Positions 1 through 8,450 of a stretch of DNA of 64,000 nt are shown here, piece after piece. The notes beneath the pieces are model-generated. The model was not told the origin of the DNA. It saw only the letters and a list, made by a program, of their open reading frames with translations, and did no database searches. How positions within the stretch are numbered: the stretch's first letter is position 1; each line of letters begins with the position of its first letter. Made by a program: the position numbers and the translations under genes. Origin of the DNA: an uncultured cyanobacterium (GTDB lineage Bacteria > Cyanobacteriota > Cyanobacteriia > Phormidesmidales > Phormidesmidaceae); NCBI GenBank assembly GCA_963793265.1, contig CAWBZI010000004.1, positions 320,001 to 384,000 of the forward strand, given 5' to 3'.

Positions 1-27
1 TTGTGTCAGTTTTAGGGCTTGAGTTAG

Positions 28-399
28 CTACAGATATAAACAAATTTTCTCTAGGACAGCGCGTAGACACTGCCAAACAAATTCGTTTTCAAACCGTAGA
101 ACAGTTAGCCCGATTGCTGTCATCCACTCGTCTCTGTCTGCATCCTTTTCTCTCTGTCTCTGATGGACACTGCCATCTAGCTCAACGACTAGCTTGGCCT
201 CGTGACAGTAAAAATCCACAATAAACTGTCCGATGTTATGCTGCCTCCGAAACTTAGCACCACACAACTGCCGCTTTCGTAAACACATCCATAGGAGCTG
301 CTCCGTAGACGTTTGATCTTTTCTTAGTTCGCGAGCCCGTAGCAGCAACACCTCAGGTATCCGCCTATATCGCCCTGTCAATCCAGAATTCAGTTCCAT
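28..399 (-). CDS. DUF559 / Vsr-like endonuclease domain protein
   Basis: ARELRK..T..E..LW..LR, KFRRQH.IG.FIVDFYC....LVVELDG..H, D..RD motifs typical of DUF559. Confidence 0.9.
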   Translation of the reverse strand: MELNSGLTGRYRRIPEVLLLRARELRKDQTSTEQLLWMCLRKRQLCGAKFRRQHNIGQFIVDFYCHEAKLVVELDGSVHQRQREKDADRDEWMTAIGLTVLRFENEFVWQCLRAVLEKICLYL

Positions 400-451
400 A
401 CATCCAAAATACCCACCCCCTACTCCACCAGTCCTCTTCTCCCCTCCGGTT

Positions 452-488
452 CCCTTCTCCCCTCGGGAGAAGGGCTAGGGATGAGGGC
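452..488. repeat. Short palindromic dispersed repeat (CCCTTCTCCC-ctc-GGGAGAAGGG-CTAGGGATGAGGG)
   Basis: Perfect 10-bp stem 452-461/465-474 with a G-rich tail; resembles cyanobacterial short dispersed repeats. Confidence 0.6.
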
Positions 489-518
489 CGCAGCAACTAA
501 CTCGCCCCACCAACACTC

Positions 519-1346
519 ATGCCTTATTCCCCCACTGACCTCCAACGCTTCCTTTATGTCGCCACCGAGGCCGCATCAGCTGGGGGCGCAGTCCTCCAGC
601 ACTACTGGGGCAACCTTTCTAATATTCAATCCAAAGGTCGCCCTGGCGATTTGGTCACTGAAGCCGATAAAGCCGCTGAGAAAGAAGTGCTTTCCGTCCT
701 GCGCCTCCACTTTCCAGACCACGCTATCCTTGCCGAAGAGTCAGGCAGTATCGGCACCGAAACAGACGGTCTTCTCTGGGCTGTAGACCCCCTAGACGGC
801 ACGACTAACTACACTCACCAGTATCCCTTCTGCGGCTGTTCAGTCGGTCTGCTCATCGACGGCAAGCCTGCTGTCGGCGCAATCTTTGATCCTGTGCACA
901 ATCACCTCTTCCGCGCTGCTAAAGGACTAGGTGCAACCTGCAATCGCGAACCCATTAGCGTTTCGAGCACCCAAACCCTGGCCGATAGCCTGCTGGTTAC
1001 TGGCTTTGGCTACGACCGCCGCGAGACGATAGACAATAACTACGCTGAATTTTGCCATCTTACGCACCTTACTCAGGGCGTCCGTCGGGGTGGGGCTGCT
1101 TCTATTGACTTGGCCTATGTGGCCTGTGGGCGCTTGGATGGCTACTGGGAAAGGGGGCTTTCGCCGTGGGATATCGCCGCAGGGGTCGTTTTAGTAGAGG
1201 AGGCCGGTGGGCTGGTGACGGCTTATGACCAGAGCCCGTTTGACATTAAGTCGGGTCGGATTGTAGCGACCAATACAAAGATACATGGCGAGCTAAGTGA
1301 CGCATTGGGCCTGGTGAAGCCGCTAGCGCGATTTAAACCGGTGTAG
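519..1346 (+). CDS. suhB: Inositol monophosphatase family protein
   Basis: DLVTEAD, WAVDPLDGTTNY, WDIAAG motifs. Confidence 0.93.
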   Translation: MPYSPTDLQRFLYVATEAASAGGAVLQHYWGNLSNIQSKGRPGDLVTEADKAAEKEVLSVLRLHFPDHAILAEESGSIGTETDGLLWAVDPLDGTTNYTHQYPFCGCSVGLLIDGKPAVGAIFDPVHNHLFRAAKGLGATCNREPISVSSTQTLADSLLVTGFGYDRRETIDNNYAEFCHLTHLTQGVRRGGAASIDLAYVACGRLDGYWERGLSPWDIAAGVVLVEEAGGLVTAYDQSPFDIKSGRIVATNTKIHGELSDALGLVKPLARFKPV

Positions 1347-1511
1347 GACGGCGATCACTAGACGGGCGATCGCTTGACTAAAATATTGGTCATTGGAAAA
1401 AAGATACCTATTTTGCGTGCTAGATCCGCAATCTATCCGTAGTATTACTTAATGCAGAGATGCCGCATTCATTAAAGCGGCCTGATGTTAAGTGCTGTGG
1501 ATACGTTTTTT

Positions 1512-2558
1512 ATGTTCCTTAATTCGATCAATCATTTTCGGGCGATCGCAATTGTTTTAATCGTCGCAGGACACGCTTTTTATCCGGTAGATGCCAGCTT
1601 CAACACGCTACCCGAGCAGGTATTCGGAAATCTTATCGCCGGAGGAACCGCGCTCTTTGTGTTTATCTCCGGCTTTTTATTCCACCACATTTTTTACAAA
1701 CGCTATAAGTTCAACAAGTTCATAACAGGCAAGCTCAAAAAAGTTCTCTTGCCCTACACGATCCTCTCGATTGTTCCTATTTTGATGCTTGTCTTGCGAA
1801 AGGATTCCTATTACGACGTTTACGATCCGCAGGGCGTCGGTTTTGTTAATACGTATCTCATTCCAGCGTTCAAATACTACATAACTGGCGGCTTTCTTAC
1901 AGCCTACTGGTATATTCCGTTTGCGATGGTGCTCTTTCTGATGTCGCCGCTACACGTAGCGTTCATTAAAGCAAAGTTTAATCGTCAATGCGTGATTACA
2001 TTTGTTCTCTTTTCAGCTTCTCTTTTTCTCCACCGGCCCGTAGACGACATTCTAATTCTTCAAGCTGTTGTTTACTTCATGCCCTTTTACTTGCTGGGCA
2101 TTATGTGTTCACAAAAAAAAGACACTATCTATTCAAAATTTAAGAACAAAGAAGTCTTGTTTTTGCTTGCTGCCCTTGTCCTCGCCACGCTGCAAGCGTC
2201 CTCAGGCGAGGTAGGCAACTACCACAAACCACCAATGCTCTATCAGGGCATCGATTTAATGGTGCCTCAAAAGATAGCGCTATGTTTGTTCTTTGTCATA
2301 TGGCTTCATCGCTTTGAAAAGCTGAACTCAAAATATATTAACGTGCTGGCTTCTACAAGCTTTGCTATTTACTTTATGCACGCATACTTACTCCTGTTTA
2401 TCAGAGAGGCTATGGACATAGCAGGTATTGTGAGCGTTGAGAGCCCTTGGTTGTGGTATCCCGTTGTTACGGTCGGGATGATCTTTGTCTCTCTGGCACT
2501 GGCACTAGGTATCAAAAAGCTTTTACCGAACTATAGCCGTTATCTGATCGGTTACTGA
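1512..2558 (+). CDS. Acyltransferase family 3 (OafA-like) membrane O-acyltransferase
   Basis: FRAIAI...H, FVFISGFL, YWYIP, SFAIYFMH; multi-TM; start placed at MFLNSINHF by comparison with its paralogue. Confidence 0.88.
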   Translation: MFLNSINHFRAIAIVLIVAGHAFYPVDASFNTLPEQVFGNLIAGGTALFVFISGFLFHHIFYKRYKFNKFITGKLKKVLLPYTILSIVPILMLVLRKDSYYDVYDPQGVGFVNTYLIPAFKYYITGGFLTAYWYIPFAMVLFLMSPLHVAFIKAKFNRQCVITFVLFSASLFLHRPVDDILILQAVVYFMPFYLLGIMCSQKKDTIYSKFKNKEVLFLLAALVLATLQASSGEVGNYHKPPMLYQGIDLMVPQKIALCLFFVIWLHRFEKLNSKYINVLASTSFAIYFMHAYLLLFIREAMDIAGIVSVESPWLWYPVVTVGMIFVSLALALGIKKLLPNYSRYLIGY

Positions 2559-2678
2559 TCTAATAAACACGATTCGTCTATACCTGATGAATTTTGATGC
2601 CTGTTTCGGGCACTAAGTCCTGTTTGTCTGGTCTTGTTAATAACAGCTATCTACTGCTAGCACATCGTCACAGAGTTC

Positions 2679-3722
2679 ATGTTTCTAAATTCTATTAACC
2701 ACTTCAGAGCGATCGCAATCATTATCATCGTAGGAGGACACTGCTTTTACACTGCAGACATCACCTTTGACACGCTATTAGAGCGAGTTATTTTCAACTT
2801 TGTCACAGGGGGCACCGCTCTCTTCGTTTTTATTTCCGGCTTTCTTTTTCACTACGTCTTTTATAAACGGTACAGCTTCAAAAAGTTTATGAAAGGCAAA
2901 ATTAGAAAGGTGCTTTTGCCATACACGCTTTTATCAATCGCGCCTATCTTTTTACTGGTATCGCAGCAATACGCGCAGTACAGCTTTTACGAGCCACAGG
3001 GTAGCGGCATTGTAAACGTCTACATTATTCCTGCACTCAAGTACTACTTCACTGGCCGGTTTATGCTGGCCTACTGGTACATTCCCTTCATTATGATGAC
3101 TTTTTTGATCTCGCCGCTGCACGTCGCGTTTATCAAAATGAAGACCAAGTATCAAATCCTGATTACTTTTGTGCTGTTTGTTGTTTCGCTTTTTTTGCAC
3201 CGACCGACCGATGAAATTCTAATTGCTCAGGCTGTTGTCTATTTCTCATCCGTTTATTTGTTAGGCATTATCTGCTCACAAAAAAGAGAGTTTATTTATG
3301 CAAAACTGAAAAATACAGAGATTTACTTTTTGGGGTTTGCGATTATCGCTGCCTATGTGCAAGCAGTCTTAGGCAGCACGGGCGGCTACTACAAGTCGCC
3401 TTTGGCTTATGGCGGCTTAGACATTATGCTGCTCCAAAAAGTCTCGCTGTGCTTTTTCTTTATGGTTTGGCTGCACCGCTTTGAGCATCTGAACCCCAAA
3501 TATCTCAACGCGATCGCCTCTACTAGCTTTGCTATCTATTTCACTCACGGCTTCGTGATGTCAGTGATAAACAAAGCTAGAGAAATTCTGGGTATCAGCA
3601 TTGATAGTCCGTGGCTTTGGTACCCTTTCATTACCGTAGGCGTGATATTAGCCTGCACATTGTTAGCGATCGCCCTCAAACGGCTTCTCCCCAACTACAG
3701 CCGGTACATCATCGGCTACTGA
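2679..3722 (+). CDS. Acyltransferase family 3 (OafA-like), tandem paralogue
   Basis: Same motifs and colinear with 1512-2558. Confidence 0.88.
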   Translation: MFLNSINHFRAIAIIIIVGGHCFYTADITFDTLLERVIFNFVTGGTALFVFISGFLFHYVFYKRYSFKKFMKGKIRKVLLPYTLLSIAPIFLLVSQQYAQYSFYEPQGSGIVNVYIIPALKYYFTGRFMLAYWYIPFIMMTFLISPLHVAFIKMKTKYQILITFVLFVVSLFLHRPTDEILIAQAVVYFSSVYLLGIICSQKREFIYAKLKNTEIYFLGFAIIAAYVQAVLGSTGGYYKSPLAYGGLDIMLLQKVSLCFFFMVWLHRFEHLNPKYLNAIASTSFAIYFTHGFVMSVINKAREILGISIDSPWLWYPFITVGVILACTLLAIALKRLLPNYSRYIIGY

Positions 3723-4055
3723 CATGCCGCTCAGGTATCTATCAAAGCCTGCTAAATCGTAGACGGCGAAGCTGCCTGAACAGAATTCAACTGCATACCA
3801 AAGATAAATCTGTTTTTGTATCACCGTTTACAAAGGTAATTTCTTTAATAAGCTAGTGTCTGGCACTAATCTCTAGATATTTCCATGAGTAGACAGTCAA
3901 CAAAAGTGGTAATTTGTGAAGTCTCCTTCTCAAATTATTAAGAATTATATCCTGAGGAACATTCCCCTTTTTGTATTCTGAAGTGACTATGAAAGGCACA
4001 AACTTACCACTCAGCTTTAGCTTTTAATCTGGCTTCTAAAAGGAGCCATCTGGTT

Positions 4056-5534
4056 ATGTCTGTTCCCCATGGCGTGATGATGCAGTTCTTTCACTGGTAT
4101 ATAAAACCAGACGGCTCGCTTTGGAATGAGCTATCTCAGAAAGCCGATGAGCTAGCTACAGCCGGGATCACGTCCGTATGGCTACCGCCCGCCTATAAAG
4201 GTTCGACAGGTGGCTTAGACGTGGGCTACAGCGTTTATGACCGGTACGACTTAGGCGAATTCGACCAAAAGGGCTCTGTTCGTACTAAGTACGGTACTCG
4301 CGACGAATATATAAGCGCTGTTAAAGCGGCTAAGCGCTCTGGGATCGCTGTGTATGCTGACGTGGTGCTAAACCACATGATGGGCGCAGACAATCAAGAA
4401 GAATTTAAGGCGACGCCTCATGATCCTGAAGATAGGCCTCAGGCGATTGGGGATGAGGCGACGATTAAAAGCTGGACTCACTTCACGTTTCCCGGTCGCC
4501 AGGGCAAGTATTCTGATCTCGAATGGCACTGGTGGCACTTTAACGCGACGGATCATAATGACTACGAGCCCGAAAACTTTGAAGCTGTTTATCTTTTTGA
4601 AGGAAAGTCTTTTGACGATCAGGTTGATTTGGAGAAAGGCAGCTTTGACTATCTAATGGGCTGCGATTTGGACGTTAACAATCCTGAAGTGGCCGATGCG
4701 CTTAAGCAGTGGGGCGAATGGTATGTAGACACTATCGACCTTGACGGCTTTCGATTTGACGCGGTTAAGCACGTACGCGCCGGGTTTTTCCCGCAGTGGC
4801 TAAACCACGTGCAGCGCTACAGCGGTCGCTTCCTTTTTTCAGTCGGTGAATATTGGTCAGGCGATATCAACGCGCTGCACCGATTTATCGACCTTACCGA
4901 TGACATGGTGACGCTGTTTGACGCCCCTTTGCACTACAACTTTCACAAAGCCAGCTTGCAGGGCAGCAGCTACGATATGTCTGCCATTTTCAAAGACACC
5001 CTGGTAGAAAGCCGCCCTGACTTAGCGGTTACCTTAGTCGATAACCACGATTCTCAACCCTTACAGTCTCTAGAATCTGTTGTAGAGCCCTGGTTCAAGC
5101 CGCTGGCCTACGCGCTTATTTTGCTCAGGCAAGATGGCTATCCCTGCATTTTCTATGCCGACTACTACGGCGCACACTATTCTGATATTGGCGACGATGG
5201 GAACGAACACGAGATCTTTCTCGACAGCCATCAGTGGCTTATTGACAAGTTCTTAGAGGCCAGACGCACTTACGGCTATGGAGAGCAGCACGACTACTTT
5301 GACCATGTGAATACGGTGGGCTGGACGCGACTAGGCACTGAACAGAATCCGGGTGGGATGGCGGTTGTGCTCAGCAATGGCGAGGCGGGTACGAAGTGGA
5401 TGAATGTAGGCGTACCTAACTGCTCGTATGTCGATATCACCGAGCATGTTAGTGAGCCTGTCACTACAGATGATGAAGGCTGGGCTAATTTTTGCTGTGA
5501 AGCGGGATCTGTTTCTGTGTGGGTGCCTCAATAG
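4056..5534 (+). CDS. Alpha-amylase (GH13, liquefying type)
   Basis: MMQFFHWY, DVVLNH, DGFRFDAVKH, VGEYW, LVDNHDSQP catalytic regions. Confidence 0.93.
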   Translation: MSVPHGVMMQFFHWYIKPDGSLWNELSQKADELATAGITSVWLPPAYKGSTGGLDVGYSVYDRYDLGEFDQKGSVRTKYGTRDEYISAVKAAKRSGIAVYADVVLNHMMGADNQEEFKATPHDPEDRPQAIGDEATIKSWTHFTFPGRQGKYSDLEWHWWHFNATDHNDYEPENFEAVYLFEGKSFDDQVDLEKGSFDYLMGCDLDVNNPEVADALKQWGEWYVDTIDLDGFRFDAVKHVRAGFFPQWLNHVQRYSGRFLFSVGEYWSGDINALHRFIDLTDDMVTLFDAPLHYNFHKASLQGSSYDMSAIFKDTLVESRPDLAVTLVDNHDSQPLQSLESVVEPWFKPLAYALILLRQDGYPCIFYADYYGAHYSDIGDDGNEHEIFLDSHQWLIDKFLEARRTYGYGEQHDYFDHVNTVGWTRLGTEQNPGGMAVVLSNGEAGTKWMNVGVPNCSYVDITEHVSEPVTTDDEGWANFCCEAGSVSVWVPQ

Positions 5535-5610
5535 ATAGAAGGGCTATAGGTCGATTGTGATCGCGGGCATTCTGAGCCCACGACCTTTACCGCAACTTTA
5601 AAAACTGGCT

Positions 5611-6519
5611 ATGACAATTAAAGAAGGGCTTTTCAAGCTTGATGTGACCGACCACCACGCCGTCCTTGGATTTTCCTTAGCTGAAGCGCCTAAAAAAGTG
5701 CGTAAGCGCTATTTGAAAATTGCGCGTAAGCTGCATCCTGATAGCTTGAGAGGGGCTTCGGATGAGCAGAAGAAGCTGGCGAGTGATCTGCTTTCTAAGC
5801 AGGTAAATCCGGCCTATGAAGCGCTGAGCCAGGAAAAGTCGGCAAAAGAGCACAGCATTCTTTTGAAGATGAAGCAGGAGCAGTTGGTGGCTCGGCCCAT
5901 TTTGCTTTCGGCCAAGAGTGAGGCGGCGAAAAAGCTGCTGGGTACGAGTAATTTGGAGCAGGACTATTCGGCGGCGCTGCAAAGAATTGCGGCGGAGCAG
6001 TTTGAGGATTTGACGCGGGTGGAGGCGGCGATCGCACAAATCAGCGAACTCAACGCCGTCTACTTAATGCGTAAGGGAACTGTCGGTGAAAAAGCGCCCA
6101 AGATGGGTGGCGGTGCTACAAAAGAATCAGCTAGCGCCTCAGAAGAAGCCCCGCGTCGCCCGCGTCACGAGGCGATTATTGAGAGCTATATGGGCCGCGC
6201 TAAAGAATTTGAGTATAAACGGGACTACTCTCGCGCTATTTTAGAACTGCGAGAAGCGATCGCTGCTCACCCCCAAAGCGCACCTTGTCACGGCTACCTA
6301 TCTAGTCTTTATCTCAAATCTGGGCAGGACACCCTGGCAAAAATTCACGCCAAGCGGGCCTTAGCCTTTGATGATAAAAACGAGATGGCCCAGGCAGTAC
6401 AGACCAAACTCGATGCTAAAGCAGCCAAATCTGCACCGGCAAAAGGTAAAGCTAGCAAAGGAGGTGCGAAGAAAAGTGGCGGTCTTTTGAGCGGACTGTT
6501 TGGTGCAAAAAAGGGATAA
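5611..6519 (+). CDS. J-domain protein with C-terminal TPR
   Basis: N-terminal J domain with LHPD; TPR-like C-terminus. Confidence 0.85.
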   Translation: MTIKEGLFKLDVTDHHAVLGFSLAEAPKKVRKRYLKIARKLHPDSLRGASDEQKKLASDLLSKQVNPAYEALSQEKSAKEHSILLKMKQEQLVARPILLSAKSEAAKKLLGTSNLEQDYSAALQRIAAEQFEDLTRVEAAIAQISELNAVYLMRKGTVGEKAPKMGGGATKESASASEEAPRRPRHEAIIESYMGRAKEFEYKRDYSRAILELREAIAAHPQSAPCHGYLSSLYLKSGQDTLAKIHAKRALAFDDKNEMAQAVQTKLDAKAAKSAPAKGKASKGGAKKSGGLLSGLFGAKKG

Positions 6520-7773
6520 ATGCCAGAAGGAAATAGCTACCAGCCCCCCACGGGTGGCCGAGATTTACTGCCGCTAGACGTGGTGCAAAAGCGTTGGATT
6601 GAAGACCGGCTGGAGCAAGTTTTTCATCGCTGGGGCTATCACCGTATCATCACCTCTACGGTAGAGACGATGGATACGCTGATGGCGGGCGGCGCGATTG
6701 AGCGGATTGAGGTGATTGAGCTGCAAATGTCTCAGCTCGGTGGTGCGCGGCTAGGACTGCGCCCAGAGCTAACCGCTTCGATTGCGCGAGCGGCGGTAAC
6801 GCGGCTGGCCTCGGTGACCTACCCGCAAAGGCTCTATTACAATGCCAACGTTTTTCGGCGTACGGCCCAAGGCTCTCGGGGCGGTCAGCAAGAATATCAT
6901 CAGGCGGGCATAGAGCTACTGGGCGCAAGCGGAGTGATGGCAGATGCCGAAGCGGTGCTGCTAGTGGCGGACTGCCTGAGCGCGCTGGATTTGACAGACA
7001 CTCGCATTGTGCTGGGAGAGGCGGCGCTGACCTATTCGCTACTAAAAGCTTTTCCTGAAGATATTCGTGAGACGGTACGGCATCATGTAGCGGCGCTGGA
7101 TTTTGTGGCACTAGCAGAGATGGCGCTACCGGATAACTTGCAGGATTTAGTGTCGCGTTTGCTAGGCTTGCGCGGCAAGCCTAAAGCGGTGCTCTCTAAG
7201 CTAAGCGAGTTTGATTTAGATGACGAGCAGCGGGCGATTGTTGATCGGCTGAAGTCGTTGATAGCGCTTTTAGATTTAGAGCGTGAGCAGGGTATTGCGG
7301 TACCGACTGTGGTTTTGGACTTGAGCCTGATTCGGCCCTTTGATTACTACACGGGCATCGTGTTTGAAGTGGTGAGTAACGGTCGGCCTCAGGCGCTAGG
7401 GCAAGGTGGCCGCTATGACGACTTGCTTTCGGTATACGACGCGCGTGATGGCGGTGAGGCGAAGGGCTTTCCGGGGATTGGCTTTGTGATGAATATTGAG
7501 CGGTTGCAGCAGGAGCTATTGCCGAGCGGGCAGCTTCCGAGCGATATTCCACCGACGGACTGGCTGATTGTGCCGCAGGGTGAGGCGGCGGCAGCAGCAG
7601 CGCTGGCCTATGCGCAAAAGGCGCGGCAGTCTGAGAATACGGTGCGGGTGGAGATGAATTTGGATTTGGCGCAGTCGGCGGATGAGGTGCGGGCGATCGC
7701 GCGTAAGCGAAACATTAGTCGAATCGCCTGGATCTCGGCTGAGGGCTTGCCCGATATTGAGGTTGTTCACTAA
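6520..7773 (+). CDS. hisZ: ATP phosphoribosyltransferase regulatory subunit
   Basis: HisRS-like fold: GGRDLLP, LRPELTASIAR, RLYYNANVFR, DYYTGIVFE, GGRYD. Confidence 0.92.
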   Translation: MPEGNSYQPPTGGRDLLPLDVVQKRWIEDRLEQVFHRWGYHRIITSTVETMDTLMAGGAIERIEVIELQMSQLGGARLGLRPELTASIARAAVTRLASVTYPQRLYYNANVFRRTAQGSRGGQQEYHQAGIELLGASGVMADAEAVLLVADCLSALDLTDTRIVLGEAALTYSLLKAFPEDIRETVRHHVAALDFVALAEMALPDNLQDLVSRLLGLRGKPKAVLSKLSEFDLDDEQRAIVDRLKSLIALLDLEREQGIAVPTVVLDLSLIRPFDYYTGIVFEVVSNGRPQALGQGGRYDDLLSVYDARDGGEAKGFPGIGFVMNIERLQQELLPSGQLPSDIPPTDWLIVPQGEAAAAAALAYAQKARQSENTVRVEMNLDLAQSADEVRAIARKRNISRIAWISAEGLPDIEVVH

Positions 7774-7808
7774 GCTTGATAAGGCAAATTATTTTTAGGC
7801 GAGAAAAA

Positions 7809-8036
7809 ATGTCCCACACGATTGTGACCGACGTTTGTGAAGGCGTTGCCGACTGCGTAGATGCTTGTCCGGTCGCCTGTATTGATGAAGGCCCAGGTAA
7901 GAATAAGAAGGGTACTGACTGGTACTGGATTGATTTTGACACCTGTATCGACTGCGGCATTTGTTTGCAGGTGTGCCCGGTAGAAGGCGCGATTTTGCCG
8001 GAAGAAAAGCCTGAATTGCAGCAAACGCCTGGATAA
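7809..8036 (+). CDS. Bacterial-type 4Fe-4S ferredoxin
   Basis: CEGVADCVDACP and CIDCGICLQVCP; start at MSHTIV. Confidence 0.92.
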   Translation: MSHTIVTDVCEGVADCVDACPVACIDEGPGKNKKGTDWYWIDFDTCIDCGICLQVCPVEGAILPEEKPELQQTPG

Positions 8037-8049
8037 AGAACATAGGTAC

Positions 8050-8075
8050 GTAGGGGCATAGCATTGCTATGCCCC
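8050..8075. repeat. GTAG-type REP-like palindrome
   Basis: GTA-GGGGCATAGC-att-GCTATGCCCC just after the ferredoxin stop; similar elements at 42935 and 46868. Confidence 0.6.
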
Positions 8076-8450
8076 CATAGTGAACACGGCTATAAACAAC
8101 ATTCTATTAATACGTATATTTCCAATTAATTTGTTCTAAGTCTTACACATCAAATCAACTTTCTTCTATAGAGTTCTCTCCTCCTTTCGGAGTAGTTCCC
8201 GGATGCAAATCAGCGTAGTTCGGCTCAATTCTAGTATGGTTTCCGTATGCAAGATATATTTCATACGGATTAGGACACTGCTGCCTACAGGCATTAGAGT
8301 AGTAGCAGAAACACGTATTCAAGCGCGTTTTGCTGTAAGGAATGATACGCCTTAGAGCGGGTGCAAAATCTTAACCATTGACAACAGATGTGGACTTCCT
8401 TTAAGAAGTTGCGCACTGTTTTACACGCATTTTTTTAATACCAATATTCC

